The position numbers and the translations under genes were made by a program. Positions 38,771-48,706 of a DNA stretch of 64,000 nucleotides are shown piece after piece. Position 1 is the first letter of the stretch, and each line of letters begins with the position of its first letter. Source of the DNA: Patescibacteria group bacterium. Its GTDB lineage: Bacteria > Patescibacteriota > Microgenomatia > UBA1400 > PJMF01. The stretch covers positions 14,351-78,350 of the forward strand of contig JBDTME010000002.1 of assembly GCA_039934415.1 (NCBI GenBank), read 5' to 3'. Under the pieces are notes generated by a model that saw only the letters and a program-made list of their open reading frames with translations, did not search any database and was not told the origin of the DNA.

Positions 38771-39613
38771 TTATAGTTCTTTTTCTTCAAGAATCTCTGT
38801 GATGATTGCGTAGGATACTGATGATTTTTCAGTTTGAGCCCAGACTTGCATACCAATCTTTATTGGTTGATCTTCGTTGAAATAACACACGCCTAGTTCA
38901 CAATTTGCAGTAAGTTGAACTTCAGTTTCAATATTACGATGTAGATCACTTTCAACAAATTGCATGGTCCCTCCCTCTACTTTAGCTACCTCTTCAGTGG
39001 AAGGTTTCACCGAAAGCACTTTTACAATCTGGAAAATTTGATTGTTCTTTTCGTCATAAACTGTAAAGGAATCGTCATACGTCTTCAGTAACCAAATAGG
39101 AACATTTCTCATAAAAAGTTTTAATCTAAACTTTTTTTTTGAAACTATATTTTGATCTTCAGAGTTATGAATTCGCTGAATTAAACCTGTAAATTTTACA
39201 TTCTTAATAGTTAACGTAAGATTATCACCAATCCTTAATCTTTGATTTCCATAGCTATAGAGTTGAGTTCTGCTATTTAATAACGCATCTATCCCTACAG
39301 ACACTCTTAAGTAGCGAAATTCTCCACCATAGTCAACATTTTGTACTTTGTTGACAGTTCCAACCAGTTTGCCAAATTCATTGTATATCTTATCTTGTTC
39401 ATGAATCGAGTTTGTCAACCAATATTGAGGTGGTGGACCACCTGGGTAGTAACTAGACTGCGCAACTAAATCAATTATTACTTGTTTTTTTGACCTGGAA
39501 AACCAAAAAAGTGAAAACAAAATTGCGACCGCAACGATAAGAATGATTAACATCTCTATTAAAGTTAATTTTCTAATTTTTCTCAGAATCGATGAAAAAA
39601 ATTGATTTGTCAT
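38771..39613 (-). CDS. hypothetical membrane-anchored protein
   Basis: N-terminal TM (LIEMLIILIVAVAILFSLFWF). Start placed at the internal Met abutting the stop of the Wzy-like gene; the ORF-track start 39727 would overlap it by 118 nt. Confidence 0.35.
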   Translation of the reverse strand: MTNQFFSSILRKIRKLTLIEMLIILIVAVAILFSLFWFSRSKKQVIIDLVAQSSYYPGGPPPQYWLTNSIHEQDKIYNEFGKLVGTVNKVQNVDYGGEFRYLRVSVGIDALLNSRTQLYSYGNQRLRIGDNLTLTIKNVKFTGLIQRIHNSEDQNIVSKKKFRLKLFMRNVPIWLLKTYDDSFTVYDEKNNQIFQIVKVLSVKPSTEEVAKVEGGTMQFVESDLHRNIETEVQLTANCELGVCYFNEDQPIKIGMQVWAQTEKSSVSYAIITEILEEKEL

Positions 39614-41055
39614 GTTATTGTTCCTTTTTTTTCGGCTAAAAAGCTTAATCCTATCATTATCCAAAAAATCTCTGCCAATGGTGAACGAAGTAGGTATGGA
39701 TATGCCTGAGAAGCAGTAATATAGCATACACCACAGAGGAATATTGCAAGAAAAAAATCATCTTTTGCTTCTAACCAATAGACAAATTGTCTTTTAAAGG
39801 AGAAATATAAAAATATACAAAAACTGAAAAGTCCAAGAATACCTGAGCCCACTGCAACTTCGACTAATATATTGTGAGGTGATGTTGGATCATAAGAAAA
39901 AAGCTCAGGTGGGAAATTTCCTAATATCTCATACTTAAACATTCCTAGACCAATTCCAAAAGGATTATTTAATATGTACTGCAAAGATAATAGATAATGT
40001 GACAATCGGTAATCAATTCCACCACCACTACTAAAGGTATATGAAAAGTTTGAAAGTCTAAGAATAATTAACGGAATAAATAACAAAGAAGTGACACCCA
40101 TTAAGATGGCAAACTTTTTATATTTTGTAAATAATCTTATAGCAAGTTGCCGATATTTTTTTTGACTGAGATAAAAAAATCCCAATAATAAAGTTACTAT
40201 CCAAACAAATCTACTAGAGGTAATAATGAGTCCTACTATGGCAAAGAAAAGTAAAAAGACATAAAATAAATTTTCAAATCTGTTTTTCTCACTTCCAACG
40301 ATTTTGTAAACTACAAGAGGTAGGATCGTAATAATTAAAGTTCCAGCTGCATTTGGGTCAAAAAAGTATCCTCCAGGACGATATTTATTTTGCGCCTCCA
40401 CTTGAAAAGATCCAAATGGGCTCTCATCCGAAACTTGTTCTAGTTCAATACCTAACTGACTTCCTTTCCTAAATTGTAGACAAAGCAGCGCGACAAGAAC
40501 AAAACAATGAATAAGTAGAATGGGAAATACAAAATTTAAATGCGGCTTATATCTCTGAATAAGACCACTAATAACACTAAGAGAAACAACTAGAGAAAAA
40601 GTAAGGTATTGATAAAAAGCAAATGATGTATATGTTGCATTAAAAGAGGATAATCCCGCTATAATTAAAAAAAAGAAAAGAAAAAACAGTTCTTTTGGTG
40701 ATCTAGTATCGAAGATATTTGAGTTTCCATGAAGTACTTTTAATCTTAAAAAAAGGCCGATTAAACAAAGGATGATAAAATCAGAAAATTTAAAATAATA
40801 CTCAATATTGATTGGAAAATTTCCTCCCCAAAATTCTTTTTCTACTACAAATGATAAAAAATAGCGCCCTCGCTGAAAAGGAAAGATGGTAAGAAAAATA
40901 TGCCATAAGGCAATAATGGCATTTTTATTGATTTTATAAGAAATCACAAAAAAAAACGCCAATAAAAAAATGTAACCTTTATTTGAAAAGTTATAAAGAT
41001 GACAAAAAATGAAAAATATGGAAACAGCAGAATTTAATAATTGTTTATTTATCAT
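39610..41055 (-). CDS. O-antigen polymerase/ligase (Wzy_C)-family membrane protein
   Basis: 481 aa, about 11 TM helices; Wzy_C-like block SPHNILVEVAVGSGILGLFSF. Confidence 0.6.
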   Translation of the reverse strand: MINKQLLNSAVSIFFIFCHLYNFSNKGYIFLLAFFFVISYKINKNAIIALWHIFLTIFPFQRGRYFLSFVVEKEFWGGNFPINIEYYFKFSDFIILCLIGLFLRLKVLHGNSNIFDTRSPKELFFLFFFLIIAGLSSFNATYTSFAFYQYLTFSLVVSLSVISGLIQRYKPHLNFVFPILLIHCFVLVALLCLQFRKGSQLGIELEQVSDESPFGSFQVEAQNKYRPGGYFFDPNAAGTLIITILPLVVYKIVGSEKNRFENLFYVFLLFFAIVGLIITSSRFVWIVTLLLGFFYLSQKKYRQLAIRLFTKYKKFAILMGVTSLLFIPLIILRLSNFSYTFSSGGGIDYRLSHYLLSLQYILNNPFGIGLGMFKYEILGNFPPELFSYDPTSPHNILVEVAVGSGILGLFSFCIFLYFSFKRQFVYWLEAKDDFFLAIFLCGVCYITASQAYPYLLRSPLAEIFWIMIGLSFLAEKKGTIT

Positions 41056-42190
41056 GCCATTGGATCATCCTTTTGAGCTCACTGCTGATTACCAAAACCA
41101 AACAGCTCAGATCTTATCACGGAAATACCAGTTCAAAGTACTAGCTTACAGAGCTTATGAAAGTCAAATTAGGCCATGGAAACTATTCCAAAAGACTAAC
41201 AGAAAAAAATTGTTTGAAATTAGTCCACAGGGAAATATTCTGTTGGTGAGTCCTGTTCACATTATACCATTTGAAAGATTTCAATTTATCTATGAGATTA
41301 ATAAAAAAATTTCCTTTGTTTTGTGGGTACTCGCTGCCCAAATTTATTTTAGAAAAATACAAACAACCTTATGGATATTTCATCCAAGGTTTTTTTGGAC
41401 TGTGAGTAGTTCGTCAATTATTTTTGCTAAAAAAAGAGTTGTTTACGATTGTTTAGATTATTTAAGTTCGATCAAAAAAAAAGAGGAAAGCTTGCTCAGA
41501 ACCGGCGAAAAGTATTTATTTAAAAAAAGTGATCTTGTCGTTTTTAATTCCCAGTTTTTGGCAAACTTTCATAAAAAAAACATTTCAGATGGTCTTGTCT
41601 CTCCCTCTGGATTTGTGGTACCTACACAACTTCTAGAAAAAGAAAAAAAAACGGAAGAAGTACCAAACATTGGTTTTGGTGGTTCAATAAATTACAGGAT
41701 CGACTTTGATCTAATAACTGAGGTGTGTAAAAAATTACCTAATTTTCAGTTCAAATTTTATGGTGAATCATATACAGCGGAAGAGGACGATTTATTAGAT
41801 GTAAAAAAGAAAATGGAAACGTTTTTTAAATTGAAAAATGTCGAGCTTGTTCAATTTACGCCCCGGGAAAAACTTTATAAACAGATGGTTAGTTGGGACG
41901 TTGGTATTATTCCTTATAACCTTAAGGTTCCTTTAAATTATTATTGTAAGCCTTTAAAGTTGTATGAATATTTCTATTTTGGACTTCCAGTTGTAAGCGT
42001 GCCAATTCCGTCTATTAGACAATACTCTGATGTTGTATATTTGGCTGAATCGGCAAATGATTGGATCCAGGCCATTCAAGAGGCTGTAAAAAATAAACAG
42101 ACCAGCCACCAATTGTCATACAAAAAAAATGAAGCACTCAATAACTCCTGGGAGAAAAAAATCGAATTTATTTTAAAAAAAATGAAATAA
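41054..42190 (+). CDS. glycosyltransferase (GT1/GT4-like C-terminal domain)
   Basis: C-terminal GLPVVSVPIPSIRQY after KPLKLYEYFYF resembles the GT4 donor-binding region. Start moved to an internal Met to avoid overlap with the convergent Wzy gene (ORF-track start 41009). Confidence 0.45.
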   Translation: MPLDHPFELTADYQNQTAQILSRKYQFKVLAYRAYESQIRPWKLFQKTNRKKLFEISPQGNILLVSPVHIIPFERFQFIYEINKKISFVLWVLAAQIYFRKIQTTLWIFHPRFFWTVSSSSIIFAKKRVVYDCLDYLSSIKKKEESLLRTGEKYLFKKSDLVVFNSQFLANFHKKNISDGLVSPSGFVVPTQLLEKEKKTEEVPNIGFGGSINYRIDFDLITEVCKKLPNFQFKFYGESYTAEEDDLLDVKKKMETFFKLKNVELVQFTPREKLYKQMVSWDVGIIPYNLKVPLNYYCKPLKLYEYFYFGLPVVSVPIPSIRQYSDVVYLAESANDWIQAIQEAVKNKQTSHQLSYKKNEALNNSWEKKIEFILKKMK

Positions 42191-42191
42191 A

Positions 42192-43109
42192 ATGGAATTT
42201 TCAATAATTGTCCCAACTAGAAATCGATATGTTTTATTAAAAAAACACCTGGACAGACTTCTCTTTCTTGACTATCCAAAAGATAAATATGAAGTGATCG
42301 TAGTAAATAACTCAGCTGAAGACGATCAAACTCAAATATACCTTCGTGAACTTTCTAAAAAGCATAAGAATTTTCGTTTTCATCAGGAAATGCGTTTAGG
42401 CCCATCGTTTGCTCGGAATGCTGGAATAAAAATGGCAAAATATCCATTTCATATTCTTATTGATGATGATATTGAAGTAAAAAAAACACTTTTAAAAGAA
42501 TTTGTGTTAGCTTGGCAGAAGCATAGTAAAGCAATCGCAATTGGTGGAAAAATCATTGCTAAACCTACCATAGGTCAACTTGGTGAGAAACAAGAGAGGT
42601 TGATCACAAAACACAGTTGGGTATTTGGACAGCAAGACAAAGGCTCTCAAGAAGTTCAAATTCAAAAAGGTGAAATGTTATGTTCAGGTACTCTTGGACT
42701 ACATCAAAAGGAAAAAAATCTGATTCTATTCGATCACAGGTTAGGAATCAGTCTGAACCCAGATACAATATTGTATGGTGAAGACAGTGAATTATGTACT
42801 CGATTATTTTTAAATAAACATGAGATTTGGTATGTTCCTGATATTATTACAATCAATCACTTCAATAGACAACGTTTAACAGATAAATACCTCTCCAAGC
42901 GGTATTTCACTAATGGTTTAGAAATTTATTTGGCTGATTCAATCTTAAAAAAACACTTTCCTCATTACGATTCTTCCTATGGAATAAGATTAAAACAAGA
43001 ATTGACAAAATTATTATTTTTTAATTTTTCAGTCTTCAAGAAATATATAAGAACTAAATATGATTTTATAATGATATTTAGTTATTTTTTCTGTGGCAGA
43101 TATTTTTAA
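42192..43109 (+). CDS. glycosyltransferase family 2
   Basis: FSIIVPTRNR, VIVVNNSAEDDQT and IDDDIEV (DxD) blocks. Confidence 0.75.
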   Translation: MEFSIIVPTRNRYVLLKKHLDRLLFLDYPKDKYEVIVVNNSAEDDQTQIYLRELSKKHKNFRFHQEMRLGPSFARNAGIKMAKYPFHILIDDDIEVKKTLLKEFVLAWQKHSKAIAIGGKIIAKPTIGQLGEKQERLITKHSWVFGQQDKGSQEVQIQKGEMLCSGTLGLHQKEKNLILFDHRLGISLNPDTILYGEDSELCTRLFLNKHEIWYVPDIITINHFNRQRLTDKYLSKRYFTNGLEIYLADSILKKHFPHYDSSYGIRLKQELTKLLFFNFSVFKKYIRTKYDFIMIFSYFFCGRYF

Positions 43110-44023
43110 AAAATTCTCTTGCCAAAAGATAGTATGGAGTAAAAAAAATTAAAACTCATTTTTTTTACAATATTCGTGGTTTTACTTCTTTTTCGTTGAG
43201 TAAGATTTACTTCATCACTTGTAAGGAGATAGTGCTTCCACATTGTTTGAAAATAACTTTTATTCTGCCAAGGTTTAGCGCTATTTCCAAATGGACAAAA
43301 ATGTAGAATGGTTCCCCAGATTAAAAAATATGGCAAAAAATATTTGATGTGAATATATTCTGGAGATGTGTTGAAACGCAAAGGCAATTTCTGCCACTGT
43401 TTATAAAAATAAAAATTCAAGATTGATTGATCACCATAATATGAAATGTCGTTATATTTTTTTTGAAATTTTTTTAATTTTTGGAAAGTGTTTTTCTTAA
43501 TAACAGAAGTTTCAAATGCGAGGACTCCACTATTGAAAGAAGGCTCTGTAAAGTCTAAATCATTGAGAAGCTCTTGCCTCAATCTTTCGTGTTTGTCTTT
43601 CATTTTTTTGAATGAATCATTTTTACGGAATTGATATCCTAAAGTGTGATCATCTAAATCTGGTGCAGCCCAAAATCCTTTTACTTTTTCAAAAAAATCT
43701 AAGTTGTGTGTAACAATTGCATCTGCATCAATATAAAGAACAGTATCCCATTTTTTAAAGTATCTTGTAAAAAGTCGTAATTTTAAGCCAACTATAGAGG
43801 GCATAATACCAATTTCCCGTTTATCTTTGTTAGAGTAAGTTTTGACTAGAATACCTCTATTCTGAAACCATTGAACTTCGCGCAGTGGAATTCCATCAGT
43901 AATGAGTAAATAATCACCTTTCCAACCAGAGGTATGATAAACACTTGAAAAAAGCTGTTTGGCTTGTGAAATATATTTCTTATTCGCTAATGTAGCAATC
44001 ACACTGCTTGACATAACAATCAA
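43106..44023 (-). CDS. glycosyltransferase family 8 (LgtC/glycogenin-like)
   Basis: GT8 triad of motifs: YIDADAIV, FNSGVLAF, GDQSILNF. Confidence 0.65.
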   Translation of the reverse strand: MIVMSSSVIATLANKKYISQAKQLFSSVYHTSGWKGDYLLITDGIPLREVQWFQNRGILVKTYSNKDKREIGIMPSIVGLKLRLFTRYFKKWDTVLYIDADAIVTHNLDFFEKVKGFWAAPDLDDHTLGYQFRKNDSFKKMKDKHERLRQELLNDLDFTEPSFNSGVLAFETSVIKKNTFQKLKKFQKKYNDISYYGDQSILNFYFYKQWQKLPLRFNTSPEYIHIKYFLPYFLIWGTILHFCPFGNSAKPWQNKSYFQTMWKHYLLTSDEVNLTQRKRSKTTNIVKKMSFNFFYSILSFGKRIF

Positions 44024-44053
44024 ATATTAAAATTATGGCTAAGTTATAAACTT

Positions 44054-44950
44054 TTATAATGATAAAAAACCTGCCAAGTAACCTGAAAAGAACGCTATAT
44101 CTCTTATAAAAAATCCAAATTTATATTTTTTATCCAAATTTGGTATTGATAGCGACTCTATGGTTTTAAATATATGAAAAAAATGAAAGAAAAAATTCTT
44201 CAACTTGCTACTAGCATGTAGATCTATGGATTGCCGAGAAAAAGAAAAAGTTCCAAGTCCATAGTAATACCATTGTCTAAAAAAACTCCTTAGACTTGTT
44301 CTAAAATCATCAAAAACGATAATAGATGAATCGAAATCAAGCTTCCCGCCTTTTGCTAATATTTGCTGACAAAAATCATAGTCTTCAATAACACCTTTAA
44401 AAATTCGAATCTTAATTTTATTTTTGTGTATGTATTGAATATCAAAAATGCTATTCCCACCAGGGATAAAGTGAATCTTGTTTGTTTTCAAGTATCTATT
44501 AACTTCAATCTTTTCCCATATTTGGTTCCAATAATTATTCTCGTAATGAGAAGTTCTCTTTCCTCCCAATCCAACAACACTGGCATTTTTTTGGAAATAT
44601 TTCTGAATATTTAAGATCCAATCTTTATCTGGAATTTGATCATCATCCAAAAAAGCCACATACCTGGATTTAACTAGAGATAATCCTTTGCTTCTTGCCA
44701 CATCAACACCTTTAATTTCAGGGATTTCTTTATATGTATACGGAACTGAAGATTGGTCTAGTAACTTTAAGACTGTTTTTCGAAAAAAAATCGAGATTGC
44801 ATTAATTGCAACACTGTTGTCTATAATTATGATATTTTCTGGCAAATTTGTATTTAAAAGGAGAAAAGTAACAGCCCTAAGTAACAACTCAGACCTATCT
44901 CTAGTAATAATGAGTACATCGACCTTGGGGATTGTTTCTTTAACACTCAT
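44054..44950 (-). CDS. glycosyltransferase family 2
   Basis: VDVLIITRDR, IIIIDNS, AFLDDDQ. Confidence 0.75.
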   Translation of the reverse strand: MSVKETIPKVDVLIITRDRSELLLRAVTFLLLNTNLPENIIIIDNSVAINAISIFFRKTVLKLLDQSSVPYTYKEIPEIKGVDVARSKGLSLVKSRYVAFLDDDQIPDKDWILNIQKYFQKNASVVGLGGKRTSHYENNYWNQIWEKIEVNRYLKTNKIHFIPGGNSIFDIQYIHKNKIKIRIFKGVIEDYDFCQQILAKGGKLDFDSSIIVFDDFRTSLRSFFRQWYYYGLGTFSFSRQSIDLHASSKLKNFFFHFFHIFKTIESLSIPNLDKKYKFGFFIRDIAFFSGYLAGFLSL

Positions 44951-45063
44951 ACATTAATTCAATTATATTCAAAGATGCTTATATAAAACATTTAGCAATA
45001 CTTATTCCGAATAGCGATCTGTCAATTTTTTTTTGAGGCCTATTGTAAAGCCTCAGACTCCTT

Positions 45064-45801
45064 TTAAGATATCATCTGGAATTTTTTGTATTTTTTAATG
45101 ACACTAATAGAACCACTCTCCTCAATCTCTCCTTTTTTAATCCAAACAATTCTGTTACATCTTGCTTCAAGGTAATCAAGCCAGTGACTCACAACGATTA
45201 TCGTTTTTTTAAGTTTAAAAAATTCTTCAATTTTTTGAGTGGATTTCTCCACAAAATTCTGGTCCCCAGCGCTAATTCCTTCATCTAAAACTAGAATATC
45301 TGGATCAGCAAATACTCCTATCGAAAATCCCACTCTGAGTTTCATCCCCAATGAATAAGTATACATTGGTGCATCAATGAAAGTTCCGATGTCTGCAAAC
45401 TGCACAATATTATCAAACTTTTCTTTGATCTCTTTCTGAGACATACCAACAATGAGACCATTAAGATAGATATTCTCTACTCCAGTTAGATCAGGATGAA
45501 AACCAGCTCCTAAATCTAATAAAGACACAATTTTGCCTTGTGTGACTACAGTACCCACATTAGGGGCTGTAACTCCGGTGATGAGTTTAAGTAAAGTGGT
45601 TTTTCCGGCTCCATTAGATCCGATAATGCCAACCTTTTCCCCTTTATAAATAGTCAGGTCAATATCATTCAATGCTGTAAAAATTTGCTTCTGGCTTCTT
45701 TTGAGTAATTTTTCCGAAAAAGTTGGTTTTTCGTGATGAATTGTATATCGTTTTGTAACGTTAGTGAGCTTGATAGCGATTTCGCGAGAATTTTTTTTCA
45801 T
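45064..45801 (-). CDS. polysaccharide-export ABC transporter ATP-binding protein (Wzt/TagH-like)
   Basis: Walker A GIIGSNGAGKTT, signature LSAGDQ-like region, Walker B ILVLDE. Confidence 0.85.
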   Translation of the reverse strand: MKKNSREIAIKLTNVTKRYTIHHEKPTFSEKLLKRSQKQIFTALNDIDLTIYKGEKVGIIGSNGAGKTTLLKLITGVTAPNVGTVVTQGKIVSLLDLGAGFHPDLTGVENIYLNGLIVGMSQKEIKEKFDNIVQFADIGTFIDAPMYTYSLGMKLRVGFSIGVFADPDILVLDEGISAGDQNFVEKSTQKIEEFFKLKKTIIVVSHWLDYLEARCNRIVWIKKGEIEESGSISVIKKYKKFQMIS

Positions 45802-45813
45802 AAGTCACTAGAT

Positions 45814-46623
45814 CTACATCCAATCATCAAAGAATTTAGCTTCTTTTTGAAAATACCACCAACCGATCATAAAAATAAAAAAAGCCGTGAGTAAATTACA
45901 AAAAATAAATAGAGGTGAGCTAAACGTCTGATTAAGTAGTATGACTTGAAAACCTTCAATCAGTGAAGTCATCGGGTTTAACATAAATAACCATCTGACT
46001 TTTTCTGGAAGCAAATTGAGTTGATATACCACTGGTGTCACATAAAACCAAAGAGGCATAATGGCAGAGACCACGAAGTTTACATCACGGTATTTGACAT
46101 TAAGCGCGCTAGTTAATAGCACAGTCCCAGCTGTGAGCACACAAAGCCAGATGATTAAGGGCAGAGTCCACAACATATTTCCCAAATACATCAGTAAATG
46201 AAAAAAAGTATAGCGCTCAAAAAACATTTTGTTGAAAACTAAGGCAAGTAATAACAGGCTAAATGCGATCAAAAAGTGAAATAAGTTCGATAAAATTATC
46301 GAAAGCACAATTGACTCTCTAGGGAATTTGGCTTTTTGAATCAAGGATCTTTCAAAGATAATGGCTGGAGTACATTTTAAAACAGTCATTGAAAAGAAGT
46401 TCCAAGGCAGAAGTCCTGTGAACAAAAACAAAAAATAGTTATCAACTTTCACTGGTACAAAAAACTGAAACACAAACCCCATAACAAGCATCTGAAGTAA
46501 CGGATTTAAAACGATCCATAAGAAACCAAGGACTGCAAATTTATACCTGGCCTTGATTTCCTTGCCAGTCATTGCCAGAAGAAAATCAATATAATATTTT
46601 TGCTGAGTGGTAAGTATTTGCAC
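45814..46623 (-). CDS. ABC-2 type polysaccharide-export permease (Wzm/TagG-like)
   Basis: 269 aa, 6 TM helices; adjacent upstream of the ATPase gene. Confidence 0.75.
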   Translation of the reverse strand: MQILTTQQKYYIDFLLAMTGKEIKARYKFAVLGFLWIVLNPLLQMLVMGFVFQFFVPVKVDNYFLFLFTGLLPWNFFSMTVLKCTPAIIFERSLIQKAKFPRESIVLSIILSNLFHFLIAFSLLLLALVFNKMFFERYTFFHLLMYLGNMLWTLPLIIWLCVLTAGTVLLTSALNVKYRDVNFVVSAIMPLWFYVTPVVYQLNLLPEKVRWLFMLNPMTSLIEGFQVILLNQTFSSPLFIFCNLLTAFFIFMIGWWYFQKEAKFFDDWM

Positions 46624-46755
46624 GGTCGCTACTATAGCAGGGAAATTTTAAATTTCTAAGGGTCTGTTTACTTTAGATTCATGACTTTTTTTTAGATCTA
46701 TTCTCACCCCAAATTGCTAATAGAAAAATATTAATGTTATACGTAGAATGGCCCT

Positions 46756-46974
46756 ATGCTTCAACGTCTGTTCGCTTTCAAAAAACTTCTTCAAGAAAAA
46801 ATTGAATGGTTGCTTAACTTTCTGGCGTTGGTATTTGTCTACCCATTGGGAATTGGCTTGACTTCATTTTTTGCGAAAGTTTTTCAAAAAAGATTTTTGG
46901 ATCGTGATGTTCACCAGAAATCTTTTTGGCGAGAGGTTCACTACGATGATCAATCAAATACTCATATGTTTTAA
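46756..46974 (+). CDS. small membrane protein upstream of carbamoyltransferase (possible SxtJ-like partner), hypothetical
   Basis: 72 aa with one TM; function unknown. Confidence 0.3.
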   Translation: MLQRLFAFKKLLQEKIEWLLNFLALVFVYPLGIGLTSFFAKVFQKRFLDRDVHQKSFWREVHYDDQSNTHMF

Positions 46975-46983
46975 AAGGGCAGC

Positions 46984-48678
46984 ATGCACATTTTAGGCAT
47001 TTCTTGTTTTTATCATGACTCTGCGGCTAGTTTGGTTCGGGATGGTAAAGTCATTGCTGCAACAGCTGAAGAACGTTTTACTCGCAAAAAGCATGATAAT
47101 AATTTTCCCTATAAATCAATAGATTTTTGTTTGGACTTTGCAGGATTGGCCATCAATGAATTAGATGCGATTGTCTTTTACGAAAAACCAATCGTCAAAT
47201 TTGAGCGGATTTTATCTCAGCACCTTGATCATTTCCCCAAAAGTTATGCGTCTTTTTTCAACACCTCAGCATCGTGGTTGAATCAAAAGCTGAACATCAA
47301 AAAAATACTTAAAGATGAACTCCACTATCACGGTGAAGTGTTGTTCATTCCGCATCATTTGTCACACGCAGCGAGCGCATATTATCTCTCCCCTTTTTCA
47401 GAAGCCTCGATCGTTACTATAGATGGAGTCGGAGAATGGGCCACGACTACGGTTGGTATTGGTAAAAAAGCTGAGGTCAGCATTCAAAAAGAGATTTGTT
47501 TTCCTCACTCACTTGGTTTGCTCTACAGCACCTTGACGACCTACTTGGGTTTCTCAGCAAATGATGCTGAATACAAGGTCATGGGGCTCGCTGCCTATGG
47601 TGATCCCAAACCATTTCGCAAACATTTCAACAAAATAATTCAGATCAAAAAAGATGGCAGCTACTGTCTCAACATGGAGTATTTTGATTTTGACTGGGCG
47701 GAACACATGGCATCCTCAAAAATGGTTGAACTGTTTGGTTATCCAGCACGCGAACCTGAGAGTAAAGCCTACTCATATCATGAGAACATTGCCGCTTCTC
47801 TCCAAGAGAAACTCGAGCAGGTCGTGTTCAATCTGCTAGACGCAACGTACAAAGAACACCAACTCCCCAATCTCTGCTTAGCAGGCGGTGTAGCTTTAAA
47901 CTCGGTGATGAATGGCAAGATTTTGTCGAAGACCAAGTTTAAGGAATTATTTATTCCACCTGATCCGAGTGATGCCGGTGGTTCAATGGGTGCGGCATTG
48001 TATGTATGGCACCAGACGCAAAAGAAAAAAACGAATCCCCATTTTAGTCCGTATTTAGGACCGAATTTCCCGTCCTATCAGGTAGAGCAAATTTTAAAGC
48101 AACATAAACTGAAATATGAATTTGTTGAAAAAAAGAAGTTGGTCAAGAAGATGGCTAAGTGCATTGTTGATCAAAAAGTGATTGGTTGGTTTCAAGGCAG
48201 AATGGAGTGGGGTCCACGCGCTTTAGGAAATAGAAGCATCCTTGCTTCTGCTGCTACTGAAAAAATGAAAGATATTATTAACGCTCGAGTCAAACATCGG
48301 GAGTTGTTCCGACCATTTGCACCAGTCATTTTAGAAAAATACGTCAGTACTTATTTTGAAGCTGATAAAAATGTGCCGATATCGGCTAAATGGATGTTGA
48401 TGGTGTATCCATTTAAAAAAATTGGCAAAAAAAATGTGCCTGCGGTCTACCATGTTGATGGAACTGGCAGACTGCAAACGCTGTCACGAACTGATAACTC
48501 ACTTTACTATGATCTGGTTTTGGAACATTACCGATTAACCGGTGTGCCAATTATCATTAATACCTCTTTTAATGTGCGCGGTGAACCTATTGTGTGCACG
48601 CCTGAAGATGCGATAAACTGCTTTTTGAAAACAGATATTGATTATTTGGTCATCGACCAATTTCTGGTTTCAAAATAG
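46984..48678 (+). CDS. carbamoyltransferase (NodU/CmcH/NovN family)
   Basis: N-terminal ILGISCFYHDSAASLVRDGKVIAATAEERFTRKKHD (ASKHA-like Carbam_trans_N); 564 aa with the C-terminal Carbam_trans_C region. Confidence 0.85.
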   Translation: MHILGISCFYHDSAASLVRDGKVIAATAEERFTRKKHDNNFPYKSIDFCLDFAGLAINELDAIVFYEKPIVKFERILSQHLDHFPKSYASFFNTSASWLNQKLNIKKILKDELHYHGEVLFIPHHLSHAASAYYLSPFSEASIVTIDGVGEWATTTVGIGKKAEVSIQKEICFPHSLGLLYSTLTTYLGFSANDAEYKVMGLAAYGDPKPFRKHFNKIIQIKKDGSYCLNMEYFDFDWAEHMASSKMVELFGYPAREPESKAYSYHENIAASLQEKLEQVVFNLLDATYKEHQLPNLCLAGGVALNSVMNGKILSKTKFKELFIPPDPSDAGGSMGAALYVWHQTQKKKTNPHFSPYLGPNFPSYQVEQILKQHKLKYEFVEKKKLVKKMAKCIVDQKVIGWFQGRMEWGPRALGNRSILASAATEKMKDIINARVKHRELFRPFAPVILEKYVSTYFEADKNVPISAKWMLMVYPFKKIGKKNVPAVYHVDGTGRLQTLSRTDNSLYYDLVLEHYRLTGVPIIINTSFNVRGEPIVCTPEDAINCFLKTDIDYLVIDQFLVSK

Positions 48679-48706
48679 GATCAAAAATACTAATTGAAAG
48701 ACAATT

